A DNA stretch of 32,000 bases from Desulfobulbus propionicus DSM 2032 (GTDB lineage Bacteria; Desulfobacterota; Desulfobulbia; Desulfobulbales; Desulfobulbaceae): positions 3,780,001 through 3,812,000 of the forward strand of contig NC_014972.1 in the NCBI RefSeq assembly GCF_000186885.1, written 5' to 3'. The notes below the pieces were generated by a model that was not told the DNA's origin, searched no databases, and saw nothing but the letters and a program-made list of their open reading frames with translations. This document shows, in pieces, positions 1 through 11,077 of this stretch (positions within the stretch are counted from its first letter, which is position 1; each line of letters opens with the position of its first letter). The translations under genes and the position numbers were made by a program.

Positions 1-2
1 AA

Positions 3-209
3 TCCATCCACCTGACCAAGAATCCGCTGTTCTATGAACTGACCCAGCTGTGCGCGGTCGAGGACATCGCCATCTGCGCGGACAGTTATATCTGTGAAGG
101 ATTTGATAACGTCAACGACATTCCTCGTGGTCTGATCGACAAGCAGATGCGGACCCAGGCTTTCCATGGCGCCATTCTTGACGAGTGCGCCAAGTATATC
201 GTCATGTAA
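3..209 (+). CDS. C-terminal fragment of a small protein (gene starts outside the window), possibly DsrE/sulfur-relay-like
   Basis: Open frame from the window edge reads SIHLTKNPLFYELTQLCAVEDIAICADSYICEGFDNVNDIPRGLIDKQMRTQAFHGAILDECAKYIVM* and is followed 12 nt later by the next ORF in the same direction. Confidence 0.55.
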   Translation, partial: SIHLTKNPLFYELTQLCAVEDIAICADSYICEGFDNVNDIPRGLIDKQMRTQAFHGAILDECAKYIVM

Positions 210-221
210 GGAGAGACGGAA

Positions 222-569
222 ATGGAATCATTGAAAGTGTACATCCTGATCGCCAACCGTGTATACAATGACGGTATCCGCTCCGGTCTGGGTCTTGCCG
301 TTGAGAATCATTATGCCTTCCCCGTAATTATGAACGGTGAATTTCCACGGTTTTCCAACTATATGTCGGAGAACATCGCCTGGATCTCCGACATGGAAGG
401 CCAGGTCTACAGTTGCGGTGCCGAGGCTCCCACCGACCTGCCGGAAGGAACCGAGATCGCTAACATTTCTCTGGAAGAACTCGGCGAGGCAATGCGAGAA
501 GCCGATTTTATCATTCCCTATGGTCTTCCCAAACAATCCCACGAGCCGCCCGCTGCTTGTAGCGAATAA
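222..569 (+). CDS. Small conserved-type protein, possibly DsrE/F-like
   Basis: 115 aa ORF with upstream GGAGA; clustered tightly with two other small same-strand ORFs. Family assignment is tentative. Confidence 0.6.
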   Translation: MESLKVYILIANRVYNDGIRSGLGLAVENHYAFPVIMNGEFPRFSNYMSENIAWISDMEGQVYSCGAEAPTDLPEGTEIANISLEELGEAMREADFIIPYGLPKQSHEPPAACSE

Positions 570-581
570 AAGGAGCACACT

Positions 582-770
582 ATGAGTGGTGATACCATGA
601 AAATACTGCAGGTTTATCGATCCGAACCCACCGAGGATGTCAAAAAATTGGTTGAGATTCTCAACCGTGACCGGGTAGCCGACGAGTTCAAGCTGTACAT
701 CGGCGAACCGAACTACGATATTCTCGTTCAGAAAATTTTCGCCAACGACAAGACTGTTTGCTGGTGGTAA
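582..770 (+). CDS. Small protein ending in CWW, third member of the trio
   Basis: 62 aa ORF with AAGGAG 6 nt before the ATG; tightly spaced after 222..569 and followed by an intrinsic terminator. Confidence 0.6.
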   Translation: MSGDTMKILQVYRSEPTEDVKKLVEILNRDRVADEFKLYIGEPNYDILVQKIFANDKTVCWW

Positions 771-799
771 TTCTTCCCCTTTAGACTGAAACATGCTGT

Positions 800-838
800 G
801 AACCCTGCCATTGCGAGAATGGCAGGGTTTTTTATTTT
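800..838 (+). terminator. Rho-independent terminator of the small-protein operon
   Basis: AACCCTGCCATT-gcgag-AATGGCAGGGTT followed by TTTTATTTT. Confidence 0.9.
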
Positions 839-845
839 CAGGCCT

Positions 846-1964
846 TCAAGACGCCGCGAGAATGGTTTCCATGAGACGATCATGGAATATCGGTCGAAAG
901 GGACGTATTTTTATATTTTCCCGAGAAGGATGAACACGGTTGGTCAACAAGACGATAATAACCTCCTGTTCGGGATCGATCCAGAACGAGGTGCCGCTGA
1001 ACCCCAAATGGCCGACGCTGTGTGCCGAAAACAAGTGCCCGCTGCTCGAACGACCCGGGGTGGGTGTGTCGAAGCCCAGGCACCAGCTGCTCGACTGGTG
1101 CCGACGGGTCAACGCCTCCCGTAACAAAGCATTGGCAAAGGCCGGATGACTGTTCCGCCCTTTCCATATATCTAGCAGTCGTTCACACAGGCGCATAACG
1201 GCCTCAATCGTGCCAAACAGACCGGCATGCCCCGCCACCCCTCCCATCAACCAACAATGTTCGTCATGCACCTCTCCCTGTAACAGTCTCTGCCGCCAGA
1301 GGCATTTTTCGGTGGCCGCGATGGTGCCGGTGTGTTCATCGGTCCACGTTTCGTTCAGCGGCCGAAAACGCAGCGTTGAAGATATCTGCAACGGTTCTGT
1401 GATCACCGTGCTAAACAGGTGATCAAGACGGGTTGCTGTCGTGTGCTCGATGAGCCATCCCAGAAGCATGAAGCCGAGATCACTGTACACGCAGGTCGAT
1501 CCCAGCGGATAGTCGATTGGTTCCCGAATGATTTTTTCCAACAACAGTCCTTTGTTTCGTGGCGATTGACGGGGATTAAACTGGGCAAAATAGGGCTGAT
1601 AGGCCGGTAATCCCGACGAATGCTGCAACAGATGCCGTATTGTGATGGCTTCTTTTTCCGGCTCAAGGTCAGGTGCAAGGGGGGGCAGCCCTGACTGACA
1701 CAACCGCATCTGTCCCGTTTCGAGTAAATGCAAGACACAGAGGGTGGTGCATAACGGTTTGGTCAACGAGGCCAGGTCAAAGAACGTTTCCGCCTTCACT
1801 GGCTGGCCGTGCGCATCGCTTCTGGTCCTTCCGCCACTGAACCAGGATCTGGAGCGGACCCCATGTCGTGTAACACTGACCGCTGCGGAGACCCCGCAGA
1901 ATACCCCTTCTTCGAGACCCTGGCGACAGAGCTCGGACAGCTTTCTATTTATTTGATTTTTCAT
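846..1964 (-). CDS. Serine hydrolase, class C beta-lactamase/penicillin-binding-protein-like family
   Basis: ORF 846..2039. The first ATG giving a sensible N-terminus (MKNQINRKLSELC) is at 1964. Motifs: SLTK (SxxK nucleophile), YSDLG (YxN-like), HLGFSGTSFWIDP (HxG-type C-terminal motif). Confidence 0.85.
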   Translation of the reverse strand: MKNQINRKLSELCRQGLEEGVFCGVSAAVSVTRHGVRSRSWFSGGRTRSDAHGQPVKAETFFDLASLTKPLCTTLCVLHLLETGQMRLCQSGLPPLAPDLEPEKEAITIRHLLQHSSGLPAYQPYFAQFNPRQSPRNKGLLLEKIIREPIDYPLGSTCVYSDLGFMLLGWLIEHTTATRLDHLFSTVITEPLQISSTLRFRPLNETWTDEHTGTIAATEKCLWRQRLLQGEVHDEHCWLMGGVAGHAGLFGTIEAVMRLCERLLDIWKGRNSHPAFANALLREALTRRHQSSSWCLGFDTPTPGRSSSGHLFSAHSVGHLGFSGTSFWIDPEQEVIIVLLTNRVHPSRENIKIRPFRPIFHDRLMETILAAS

Positions 1965-2249
1965 TTTTTTAAAGCTTCTTTTATCAAACAATTTGTTTGA
2001 TCTTTCGCCTCTTTTCGAGTATTTTTGATTAGTCAGCAATTTGTTAATAACACTGTTAAAAATATGTGTTTTTTCTTGCTGAACAATGAAATTTTGCTAC
2101 TTCCACCTCTGTTCACCAAACAACACAACGTTCGCCCACATTGTTTTTAACATAAAAAATATTTTAAAAACAAACCATTACCTATTTAGTTCACATCTTC
2201 ACACCATTAATAGCAACAACAACATTCTTCTAAAAAAAGGAAAGTTATT

Positions 2250-3380
2250 ATGGCCTTCCATTTTAATATAGGCAGGGATGACCTGCTTAAAGCCATTGGT
2301 GCGCAACAAAATATAACCAATAAAAAAGGGACGCTGGCCATCTTGTCCAATGTCCTTCTTGAGGTTCAGCCCGATCATATTGTCCTAACCGGCACGGATC
2401 TGGAGATTGGACTGAAACAAAGAGTTCCCGCTGAAGTTCTGGAAACCGGCACCCTGACCTTGCCGGCCAAGAAACTGTTCGAAGTGGCGCGGGAATCCGG
2501 TTCCTCGATTCTTTCCTTGAAAGAATTGGACAATAATTGGGTGGAAATCAGCGCAGGCCCCAGCCTGTACCGGTTGGCCGGGATGGTGGCCGACGAGTTT
2601 CCTTCCTTTCCTGCCTACAATGAAGAAGCCATGGTGATCATGGAGAGTGTCATTCTGGCCGATTTGGTTGATAAGACCGTTTTTTCCATTGCTCAGGATA
2701 AGGAGAACATGTTCACCTTGACTGCGGCCATGTTGCAGAAAGTGATGCAAGACGATCACGTGATGTTGAAAATGGTCACCTCGGATGGACATCGGTTGAC
2801 TATCATGAGCAAGGAGGTGGAGACATCGCTCGAACAGTTGCATCTCAACCCCATCACCCTTATTCCACGACGAGGCGTTCAGGAAATACGCAAGTTTTGC
2901 GAAAACAAAACAAGCCTATCGTTCGGTGTCGAGGAAAAACAGGCCGTGCTGAAAAGCGACGATTCCCTGCTCATCATCCGCTTGATGGAAGGTGATTTTC
3001 CTGATTTTCAAGGGTTGCTGAGTGTCCTTTCCAAGGAAAATTCCATTCGTATCGATCGAATTCGTTTTCTGGAAAGCCTCAAACGCATCAACCTTTTCAC
3101 CGAGGATCTGTTTCATGCCATCAAGATGGATATAGCCGACAACACCATGGTGCTGACCTCGCAAAACGCGGACTTCGGTTCGGCCAAGGATGAATTCAAC
3201 GTTGAATACAGCGGCCCGCCGTTGACCTTGGGATTTAATTGCCGCTATTTCATCGAGACACTTCAGGTCATGGAAGGAGATGTGATCACCGCCAGCATCA
3301 ATACCCAGGAAAGTCCCTGTATGATCACCTCGGATGAGGACAAGGGATTTCTGAGCATCATCATGCCGATGAAACTGTAA
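2250..3380 (+). CDS. dnaN: DNA polymerase III subunit beta (sliding clamp)
   Basis: 376 aa; LAILSNVLLEVQPDHIVLTGTDLEIGLKQ, ISAGPSLYRLAGMVADEFPSFP, C-terminal MITSDEDKGFLSIIMPMKL. Confidence 0.97.
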   Translation: MAFHFNIGRDDLLKAIGAQQNITNKKGTLAILSNVLLEVQPDHIVLTGTDLEIGLKQRVPAEVLETGTLTLPAKKLFEVARESGSSILSLKELDNNWVEISAGPSLYRLAGMVADEFPSFPAYNEEAMVIMESVILADLVDKTVFSIAQDKENMFTLTAAMLQKVMQDDHVMLKMVTSDGHRLTIMSKEVETSLEQLHLNPITLIPRRGVQEIRKFCENKTSLSFGVEEKQAVLKSDDSLLIIRLMEGDFPDFQGLLSVLSKENSIRIDRIRFLESLKRINLFTEDLFHAIKMDIADNTMVLTSQNADFGSAKDEFNVEYSGPPLTLGFNCRYFIETLQVMEGDVITASINTQESPCMITSDEDKGFLSIIMPMKL

Positions 3381-3533
3381 AGGATTTTATCAGCTCCTTG
3401 CAGTATCCCCTATTTTTTTATTGTTCAACGGACAAAGGATGATTTTTCATCATGTGGATCAGATGAGTACGTCCCGAGCCATATATTGTCGCTGAAGAAT
3501 ATTTGCTTCAAAAATTCAGGCAGAAGGAAAAAA

Positions 3534-5945
3534 GTGAGTGAATTAACAGAAACATCCTACGGTGCGGAGCAGATCAAGGTCCTTGACGGACTGGAAGCTG
3601 TCCGTAAACGACCCTCCATGTATATTGGCAACACCGGGGTGGAGGGATTGCATCATCTCATCTACGAGGTAGTGGATAATTCCATCGACGAGGCCCTGGC
3701 CGGTCACTGCGATCAGATCAGCATCGTCATTCATGAGGACAACGCGGTGACCGTGGAGGATAATGGCCGAGGCATACCGGTGGACATGCATCCCACGGAA
3801 AACATGTCGGCTCTTGAATTGGTCATGACCACCCTTCATGCCGGCGGCAAGTTCGATCATTCCACCTACAAGGTGTCCGGCGGCCTCCACGGGGTCGGCG
3901 TGTCGGTGGTCAATGCCCTGAGCGTGCGAACTGTGGCCCAGGTGCAGCGGAACGGCAAAATCTATCGCCAAACCTACGAATACGGCATGCGGACCAGTGA
4001 GCTCGAGGTGATCGGGACCAGCGAGCAGACCGGGACCAGCATCTCTTTCAAGCCTGATCCGTCTATCTTCACCGAAACAACGGTTTTTGAGTACGAGATT
4101 GTCAAGAATCGGATGCGCGAACTAGCCTTCCTCAATAAAAACATCCATATAACGCTCAAGGATGAACGGGATGGGGCGGAAAACAGCTTTCATTTCGATG
4201 GTGGCATTGTTTCCTATGTGGAGTATCTCAACCGCAACCGCACCACGGTCCATCCCGATCCGATCCTCATTTCCGGCGAGCGCGACACTGTTCAAGTGGA
4301 CATCTGTCTGCAGTATTTTGACGGCTATTCCGAGCGACTGTTTTCCTTTGTTAATAATATCAATACGAAGGAAGGCGGTTCCCATGTGGCTGGGTTTCGA
4401 GCCGCCCTGACCAAGTGCATCAACCGCTATGCCAGCGATGACATAATCCCCAAACATCTCAAGGAAAAAATGGGTGGGGACGATGTTCGCGAAGGGCTCA
4501 CCTGCGTGATTTCGGTCCGCGTGCCCAACCCACAATTCGAAGGACAGACGAAAACCAAGTTGGGCAATTCCGAGGTCAAATCCATTGTCGAGTCGCTGTG
4601 CAATGAAAAACTCGGAGCGTATCTGGAACAAAATCCAGCCGTGGCCCGAGGGATTCTCAACAAGGCGGTGGAGGCGGCCCGAGCGAGAGAGGCGGCACGC
4701 AAGGCCCGTGATCTGTCACGCACCAAAAGCAACATTTCGGTAATGATGGCTGGAAAACTGGCGGAATGCCAGAGCAAGAATCCGGCCGAGCGGGAACTGT
4801 TCATCGTCGAGGGCGATTCGGCTGGCGGTTCGGCCAAGCAGGGTCGGGATAGGGCCATTCAGGCCATCCTTCCCTTGCGCGGCAAAATCATGAACGTCGA
4901 GAAGGCCCGTTTCGACAAGATCCTCGATTCCGAGGAAATCAAGCAGTTGGTGGCCTCCTTGGGCACCGGTATCGGCAGCGAGGAGTTTGACCTGGAAAAG
5001 CTCCGTTACCACAAGATCATCATCATGACCGACGCCGACGTCGACGGCGCCCATATCCGCACCCTGCTCTTAACCTTCTTTTATCGGCAGATGCTGCCGC
5101 TAATCGAAAACGGCCATGTCTACATCGGCCAGCCGCCGCTCTATCGGTTAGGTAAAGGCAAGAAAGAACAGTACTTCCTCAACGAGGAGGAACTCAACGC
5201 CTATCTCTATGCCCAGGCCAGCCAGTTGATGCGCATCCGCACCGAGCAGGAGGTGGAAATAGCCGAGGACGAACTGGTGACTGTTCTGCGCAAGCTGTCC
5301 GCCTTTGAGCGGGTGGTGGCCTATCTGGAGCGGTTGAACATCCAGGAATCCATGACCCTGTTCCTGTTGGACAGCGATGTCCATTCGGCCAAGCAGTTTG
5401 AAAAAAGGGAGTTTGTCGAGCACCTGGCCGAGCAACTGAAAAATCGAGCCTCACAGATCGGTTCCATCCACTCCTGCGCTTGGCGGCCGGCCTGTTTTGA
5501 ATTCGACGTTACCCTGGCAGGGCAATCGCACATGATGGCTACGGTGGGTCCCAATATCCCGTTGATCAACGAGTATCGGCACGCCCTTGACCTCTATAAA
5601 ACCATTAACCCCTATTTGAACGGTTCCTTTACCTTGAGCAAAACCGGGGGCACCGGGCAGGAAAGTCAACTCACAGCGGAGAACTGGCATCGGCTGATCG
5701 AACTGGTACGCGAGGAAACCTTCAAAGGCAGTCATCTGCAGCGGTACAAAGGGTTAGGTGAAATGAATCCCGAACAACTGTGGGATACCACCATGAATCC
5801 GACCAACCGAACCCTGATCCAGGTCAAGATCGATGATGTCGAAGTGACTGACGATATGTTTACCACGCTTATGGGAGACAAGGTCGAACCACGGCGGGAG
5901 TTCATTCAAAATCACGCCCTGGAAGTGGCGGATCTCGATATCTGA
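3534..5945 (+). CDS. gyrB: DNA gyrase subunit B
   Basis: ORF track begins at TTG 3486. GTG at 3534 is preceded by AGAAGG and gives [36 protein letters not shown] ATPase motifs, [36 protein letters not shown] and the GyrB C-terminal [14 protein letters not shown] are present. Confidence 0.97.
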   Translation: MSELTETSYGAEQIKVLDGLEAVRKRPSMYIGNTGVEGLHHLIYEVVDNSIDEALAGHCDQISIVIHEDNAVTVEDNGRGIPVDMHPTENMSALELVMTTLHAGGKFDHSTYKVSGGLHGVGVSVVNALSVRTVAQVQRNGKIYRQTYEYGMRTSELEVIGTSEQTGTSISFKPDPSIFTETTVFEYEIVKNRMRELAFLNKNIHITLKDERDGAENSFHFDGGIVSYVEYLNRNRTTVHPDPILISGERDTVQVDICLQYFDGYSERLFSFVNNINTKEGGSHVAGFRAALTKCINRYASDDIIPKHLKEKMGGDDVREGLTCVISVRVPNPQFEGQTKTKLGNSEVKSIVESLCNEKLGAYLEQNPAVARGILNKAVEAARAREAARKARDLSRTKSNISVMMAGKLAECQSKNPAERELFIVEGDSAGGSAKQGRDRAIQAILPLRGKIMNVEKARFDKILDSEEIKQLVASLGTGIGSEEFDLEKLRYHKIIIMTDADVDGAHIRTLLLTFFYRQMLPLIENGHVYIGQPPLYRLGKGKKEQYFLNEEELNAYLYAQASQLMRIRTEQEVEIAEDELVTVLRKLSAFERVVAYLERLNIQESMTLFLLDSDVHSAKQFEKREFVEHLAEQLKNRASQIGSIHSCAWRPACFEFDVTLAGQSHMMATVGPNIPLINEYRHALDLYKTINPYLNGSFTLSKTGGTGQESQLTAENWHRLIELVREETFKGSHLQRYKGLGEMNPEQLWDTTMNPTNRTLIQVKIDDVEVTDDMFTTLMGDKVEPRREFIQNHALEVADLDI

Positions 5946-5997
5946 GTCCACCTGTGACAGATCGGTCCTTTAAGCAAGAAACAACCAGGAATGTACC

Positions 5998-8487
5998 ATG
6001 ACGGAACCATCAATAGAAAGTAATCAACAGCCCACCATTGCCATCTCCAGGGAGCTGCGTAAATCCTACCTGGATTATGCCATGTCGGTCATCATCGGCA
6101 GGGCCCTGCCCGATGTACGCGATGGGCTCAAGCCGGTGCATCGCCGCACCCTCTTTGCCATGCGCGAATTGGGCAACACCTATAATCGGCCCTACATCAA
6201 ATCGGCGAGGATTGTCGGCGATGTGATCGGTAAATACCACCCCCATGGCGATACCGCCGCCTACGATACCCTGGTGCGCATGGCCCAGGATTTCTCCATG
6301 CGCTACCCGCTGGTCGATGGTCAAGGCAACTTCGGTTCCATGGATGGCGATTCAGCGGCGGCCATGCGGTATACCGAAGCGCGCATGACCCGGCTCGATC
6401 AGGAGCTGGTAGCCGATCTGGACAAGGAGACAGTGGATTTTGTCCCCAACTATGACAACTCCCTCCAGGAACCGGCGGTTCTCCCCTCGAGGATCCCCAA
6501 TATCCTCATCAACGGTTCCGAGGGGATCGCGGTGGGCATGGCCACCAAAATTCCACCCCACAACCTCACCGAGGTCATCAACGGCCTGATCGCCCTGGTG
6601 GATAATCCGGAAATCACCGTCCATCAATTGATGGAAATCATCACCGGTCCGGATTTTCCCACCGGCGGCTTCATCTGCGGCCGCGCCGGTATCCGCGAGG
6701 CCTACGAGACCGGGCGCGGAGTGATTGTCATGCGCTCCAAGACCCATATCGAGCAGCGCGGCAGCCACGGCGAAGCGATCGTCATCACCGAGATCCCTTT
6801 TCAGCAGAACAAGGCGGCCCTGGTGGAGAAGATCGCCCTGCTGATGAAGGAGAAACGAATCACCTCGATTGCCGAGATCCGCGACGAGTCGGACCGGCAT
6901 GGGGTGCGGGTGGTGCTCGATCTGCGCAAGGACGAAATCCCCGATATTGTCATTAATCAGCTGTACAAGATGACCCCGTTGCAGAAAAGTTTCGGTATCA
7001 TCCTGCTGTGCATCGTCAACAATAAGCCCGAAATCCTCAACCTCAAACAGATCCTGCAGCACTTCCTGGCCCACCGCAAGACCGTGGTTTATCGCCGCAC
7101 CGCCTTTGAACTGCGCAAGGCCGAGGAGCGGGCCCATATTCTGGAAGGATTGAAGATCGCCATAACCCATCTCGACGAGGTGGTGGAACTGATCAGGGGT
7201 TCGGCCAACCCGGCCGAGGCCAAGGAAGGGTTGATACTCCGCTTCGAGCTGTCCGAGATCCAGGCACAAACCATCCTCGACATGCGCCTCCAGCGGCTCA
7301 CCGGACTGGAGCGTGACAAGATCATCAGCGATTACAACGAGATCCAGGCAAAGATCAGCTGGTTGAAACAGGTGCTCGCCGATGACAACCTGGTGGTGCA
7401 GATCATCCGCGAGGAATTCGAGAAGATTCGCGAGGAATACGGCGATGACCGCCGCACCGAGATCATCGACGCCCCGGATGAAATCCTGCCCGAGGACCTG
7501 ATCACGCCCGAGGAGATGGTGGTGACCGTATCGCACACCGGCTACATCAAGCGCAATCCGCTCACCCTGTATCGGGCGCAACGGCGCGGCGGCAAGGGCG
7601 TCAAGGGCATGGTCACCCTGGAGGACGATTTCGTCACCAGCCTGTACACCGCCTCTTCCCTGGATACCTTCCTCTTTTTTACCAACAAGGGTCGGGTGTT
7701 CTGGCGCAAGGTGTATGAGCTACCCTTGGCCGGCCGGACAGCACGCGGCAAGGCCATCGTCAATCTTCTGGAGCTGGGCGAGGACGAGAAGGTGGCGGCC
7801 ATCCTGCCGGTGGCCGATCTGGCCAATATGGACGACACGGTTTCGGTGCTGACCGTGACTAAACAGGGCCGGGTGAAAAAGACCTTTATTTCCGAGTACA
7901 AACGGCCGTTGCGCAAGGGCAAGTTCGGCCTGACCATCCGCGATGACGACGAGATTTTGTCCGCGGCCATCACCTCGGGCGATGACGAGATCTTCCTGGT
8001 TACCAAGAAGGGACTGTCGATCCATTTTCATGAATCCGATGTCCGGGCCATGGGCCGGTTGGCCGCCGGCGTCAAGGGCATCACTCTGGGCGATGACGAC
8101 GAGGTGGTGGGGGTGGCGGTGCTGAAAAGCGATGCCTCCATTCTGACGGTTACCGAGAACGGCTACGGCAAGCGCACGGCGGTGTCTGAATACAAACTGC
8201 AGAGCCGTGGCGGCAAGGGCGTGTTCACCATCAAGACCAGTGAACGCAACGGCAACGTGGTTGGCGTGCTGCCGGTGGTTGATGAGGATCAGGTGATGCT
8301 GGTGGCCAATTCCGGCAAGGTGATCCGCATGCCCATGGACACGGTGCGCATCATCGGCCGCAATACCCAGGGCGTCCGTCTGATCAACCTGGACGAAGGG
8401 GAATTGGTGGTCGATATGTCCATGCTCGCCCGGGAAGAGGGCGTGGATCTGGAAGAAGACGATGGGGAGGGCGAATATGAAGATTAA
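5998..8487 (+). CDS. gyrA: DNA gyrase subunit A
   Basis: 829 aa; [39 protein letters not shown] (catalytic Tyr), [10 protein letters not shown] (GyrA box), acidic C-terminal tail. Confidence 0.98.
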   Translation: MTEPSIESNQQPTIAISRELRKSYLDYAMSVIIGRALPDVRDGLKPVHRRTLFAMRELGNTYNRPYIKSARIVGDVIGKYHPHGDTAAYDTLVRMAQDFSMRYPLVDGQGNFGSMDGDSAAAMRYTEARMTRLDQELVADLDKETVDFVPNYDNSLQEPAVLPSRIPNILINGSEGIAVGMATKIPPHNLTEVINGLIALVDNPEITVHQLMEIITGPDFPTGGFICGRAGIREAYETGRGVIVMRSKTHIEQRGSHGEAIVITEIPFQQNKAALVEKIALLMKEKRITSIAEIRDESDRHGVRVVLDLRKDEIPDIVINQLYKMTPLQKSFGIILLCIVNNKPEILNLKQILQHFLAHRKTVVYRRTAFELRKAEERAHILEGLKIAITHLDEVVELIRGSANPAEAKEGLILRFELSEIQAQTILDMRLQRLTGLERDKIISDYNEIQAKISWLKQVLADDNLVVQIIREEFEKIREEYGDDRRTEIIDAPDEILPEDLITPEEMVVTVSHTGYIKRNPLTLYRAQRRGGKGVKGMVTLEDDFVTSLYTASSLDTFLFFTNKGRVFWRKVYELPLAGRTARGKAIVNLLELGEDEKVAAILPVADLANMDDTVSVLTVTKQGRVKKTFISEYKRPLRKGKFGLTIRDDDEILSAAITSGDDEIFLVTKKGLSIHFHESDVRAMGRLAAGVKGITLGDDDEVVGVAVLKSDASILTVTENGYGKRTAVSEYKLQSRGGKGVFTIKTSERNGNVVGVLPVVDEDQVMLVANSGKVIRMPMDTVRIIGRNTQGVRLINLDEGELVVDMSMLAREEGVDLEEDDGEGEYED

Positions 8488-9490
8488 CCGAATAGCCATG
8501 ATCGGCGCGGGCAGTTGGGGCACTGCATTGGCCCTGCTGTTGACGCGGCAAGGGTACCCGGTCACCCTGTGGGACAGGGACGTGGACCATATCCGTCAGC
8601 TGGCCAAAGACCGGGAAAACAAACGTTACCAGGCCGGTCATCCTTTTCCGGAAACTCTTCAGGTCAGCGACAATCTGGAGGCAGCCGTCAAAGGGGTGGA
8701 ATGCGTGGTGATGGTGGTCCCCTCCCACGGCTTCCGCGAGGTTTACCGTCAACTGTATCCAATGCTGATGCCAGGAGCCTTGCTGGTGTCCGCCACCAAG
8801 GGTATCGAGATCGAAAGTGGTCAAACCATGACCGGAATCATGCGACAGGAAACCCCGAATGACGGCAAACACCTTCATTTTGGGGTGCTGAGCGGCCCCA
8901 GTTTTGCCGCCGAGGTCGCCGATCGTCAGCCCACCGCGGTAACCGTGGCCTTTGCCGATACCGATGCGGCGAAGGCCGTGCAGCATCTCTTTTCCACCGA
9001 CACGTTCCGCGTGTACTCTTCCGATGACGTGATCGGCCTGGAGATCAGCGGCGCGATCAAGAACGTGATCGCCATAGCCGCCGGCATCTGCGATGGGCTG
9101 CATTACGGCCTCAACACCCGGGCTGCCCTGATGACCCGAGGGCTGGCGGAGATTACCCGTCTGGGCGTGGCCATGGGCGGGCAACCACAGACCTTTGCTG
9201 GTCTGGGCGGCATGGGTGATCTGGTGCTGACCTGCACCGGCAATCTGAGCCGCAACCGCACCGTTGGTTTGAAACTCGGTTCCGGCTTGACCCTGGATCA
9301 GGCCTTGAGTGAAATGAAAATGGTGGCCGAAGGGGTCAAGACCACCAAATCCTGTTTCCAACTGGCCAAGACCCTGGGGGTGGAAATGCCGATCCTGGAA
9401 CAGGTGTATCAGGTGCTCTATGAGGATAAACAGTGTGCCGACGCGGTTCGAGAGCTGTTTCAACGCGATCTGAAACAGGAATCCCTCTAA
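8477..9490 (+). CDS. gpsA: Glycerol-3-phosphate dehydrogenase [NAD(P)+]
   Basis: [68 protein letters not shown]. Overlaps the end of gyrA by 11 nt. Confidence 0.96.
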   Translation: MKINRIAMIGAGSWGTALALLLTRQGYPVTLWDRDVDHIRQLAKDRENKRYQAGHPFPETLQVSDNLEAAVKGVECVVMVVPSHGFREVYRQLYPMLMPGALLVSATKGIEIESGQTMTGIMRQETPNDGKHLHFGVLSGPSFAAEVADRQPTAVTVAFADTDAAKAVQHLFSTDTFRVYSSDDVIGLEISGAIKNVIAIAAGICDGLHYGLNTRAALMTRGLAEITRLGVAMGGQPQTFAGLGGMGDLVLTCTGNLSRNRTVGLKLGSGLTLDQALSEMKMVAEGVKTTKSCFQLAKTLGVEMPILEQVYQVLYEDKQCADAVRELFQRDLKQESL

Positions 9491-9638
9491 AACCGAGACG
9501 CACCGAACCAAGGGTAAAATGCCTCAGGCGATCTTGGTGCGCGACCCTTGACCAAGCGAACTCTCGGGGCGGAGGGTGCATGGATCCCGACACCGTCCGC
9601 TCTCGTTTCCTATCATTTGTTTTCCATGGAGGTCAGCA

Positions 9639-10286
9639 ATGAAAAAATGGGAGTGTACGGTTTGCGGTTATATTCATGAAGGCGATGAACCCCCTGACGA
9701 ATGTCCAGTGTGTTCTGCCGATAAGAGCATGTTTGTTGAAGTCATCGAGGACGTCAAGGTCCCCGAGGAAGAAGCCGCTCTTGCCCCGGAATCAATGCCT
9801 TCGCCGATGACACATACACCGCCCACCTTTCTTGCCAAGGTGTATGCCTTTACCTCCACCTTGATTCTTCGCCATCATCTCCACCCGATTACCGTGCATA
9901 CCCCAAACGGTGTTCTGCCCATGGCCTTGATCTTTATCCTGATCACGGTGGGTTTTGGTGCGCCTCTTTTTGAAACCGCCGCTCTCTACAGCTGTGTTTT
10001 TGTGCTGCTGACCATGCCCGCAGTCATCTTTACCGGGTATGAGGTTTGGCAGAAGCGGTATCGCGGCGCCTTGACTCCCATTTTCAAGATCAAGATCGGT
10101 TCGGCAATTGTGAGCGTTCTCCTGCTGGTGGTCCTTGTTGTCTGGCGAGTTCTTCAACCGGAAATTGTCACCAAGGCGTCATCCGGCCGCTGGCTCTTCG
10201 TTCTGCTCGCGATTGTGCTGGTGGGCGCGGTTGGACTCGCGGGCCACATGGGCGGCAAATTGGTCTTTGGCGGACGCAAGGAATGA
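9639..10286 (+). CDS. Rubredoxin-like metal-binding domain fused to a multi-pass membrane domain (DUF2231-like)
   Basis: ATG 9639 preceded by GGAGG. N-terminus [29 protein letters not shown], linker, then [13 protein letters not shown] and several hydrophobic segments. Confidence 0.8.
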   Translation: MKKWECTVCGYIHEGDEPPDECPVCSADKSMFVEVIEDVKVPEEEAALAPESMPSPMTHTPPTFLAKVYAFTSTLILRHHLHPITVHTPNGVLPMALIFILITVGFGAPLFETAALYSCVFVLLTMPAVIFTGYEVWQKRYRGALTPIFKIKIGSAIVSVLLLVVLVVWRVLQPEIVTKASSGRWLFVLLAIVLVGAVGLAGHMGGKLVFGGRKE

Positions 10287-10501
10287 ATTGTGTCTGAGAA
10301 AACTTGCTAAATGATTTTTATTCTTATTTACACTTGCCTCTCATCTCCTGTTGAGGTATGGTAGTCACGTTTGGCTGGCACGGGAATGAGTGAAAACCTT
10401 CCGTGCCCACGAACGGAGCAGCGACGTCAAGTTTTGCCTATTGAGCGATGCCGGAAAATCGCTTGCAAGGAAAAATCAAACAACACATTGGAGGAAACAC
10501 T

Positions 10502-11002
10502 ATGGCCACAACAAAAGACAATCTCAAGGAAGCGTTTGCCGGTGAAAGTCAGGCCAATCAGAAATACCGGGCTTTCGCCAAAAAAGCCGAAAAAGAAGGG
10601 TTTGCCAACATCGCCAAATTGTTCCGCACCACCGCCGAAGCAGAGCGTATTCATGCTGAAGGACATCTCAAGGCCCTGGACATGATCGCCACCACCGCGG
10701 AAAATCTCCAGGCAGCCATTGACGGCGAAACCTATGAATATAAAGAAATGTACCCGCCCATGGTCGAGTTGGCCGTTGCCGATGGGCACAAGGCAAAAAC
10801 CATGTTCAAGTTTGCCGTCGATGCCGAAGCGGTTCATGCCAACATTTACACCAAGGCCCTTGAGGCGGTGAAAAAAGGGGTTGATCTCGATGTCAGTGAA
10901 TTCTATCTCTGTCCGGTCTGCGGCTACATCGAACTCGGAGCGGCTCCGGAAAAATGTCCGGTCTGCGGCGCCAAAAAGACCGTGTTTGAACAGGTCGCCT
11001 AA
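10502..11002 (+). CDS. Rubrerythrin
   Basis: ATG 10502 preceded by GGAGG. Diiron helices GESQANQKYRAFAKKAEKEGF and EAERIHAEGH, C-terminal rubredoxin domain YLCPVCGYIELGAAPEKCPVCGAKKTVFEQV. Confidence 0.95.
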   Translation: MATTKDNLKEAFAGESQANQKYRAFAKKAEKEGFANIAKLFRTTAEAERIHAEGHLKALDMIATTAENLQAAIDGETYEYKEMYPPMVELAVADGHKAKTMFKFAVDAEAVHANIYTKALEAVKKGVDLDVSEFYLCPVCGYIELGAAPEKCPVCGAKKTVFEQVA

Positions 11003-11040
11003 GTCCGGCGATCATCACGTCGAGCGAATAAACGACTTAC

Positions 11041-11077
11041 ACCCCTCACGGCCGACAAGGCCGTGAGGGGTTTTTTT
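11041..11077 (+). terminator. Rho-independent terminator after rubrerythrin
   Basis: ACCCCTCACGGCC-gacaa-GGCCGTGAGGGGT followed by seven Ts. Confidence 0.95.

Noticed and set aside
2040-2249. Region as a definite oriC with DnaA boxes
   Set aside because: By eye only degenerate matches such as TCGCCCACA were found and no TTATNCACA consensus; AT-richness and dnaN proximity alone do not establish an origin.
6352-7581. 409-aa minus-strand ORF
   Set aside because: Antisense shadow of gyrA.
8384-9511. 375-aa minus-strand ORF
   Set aside because: Antisense shadow of gpsA.
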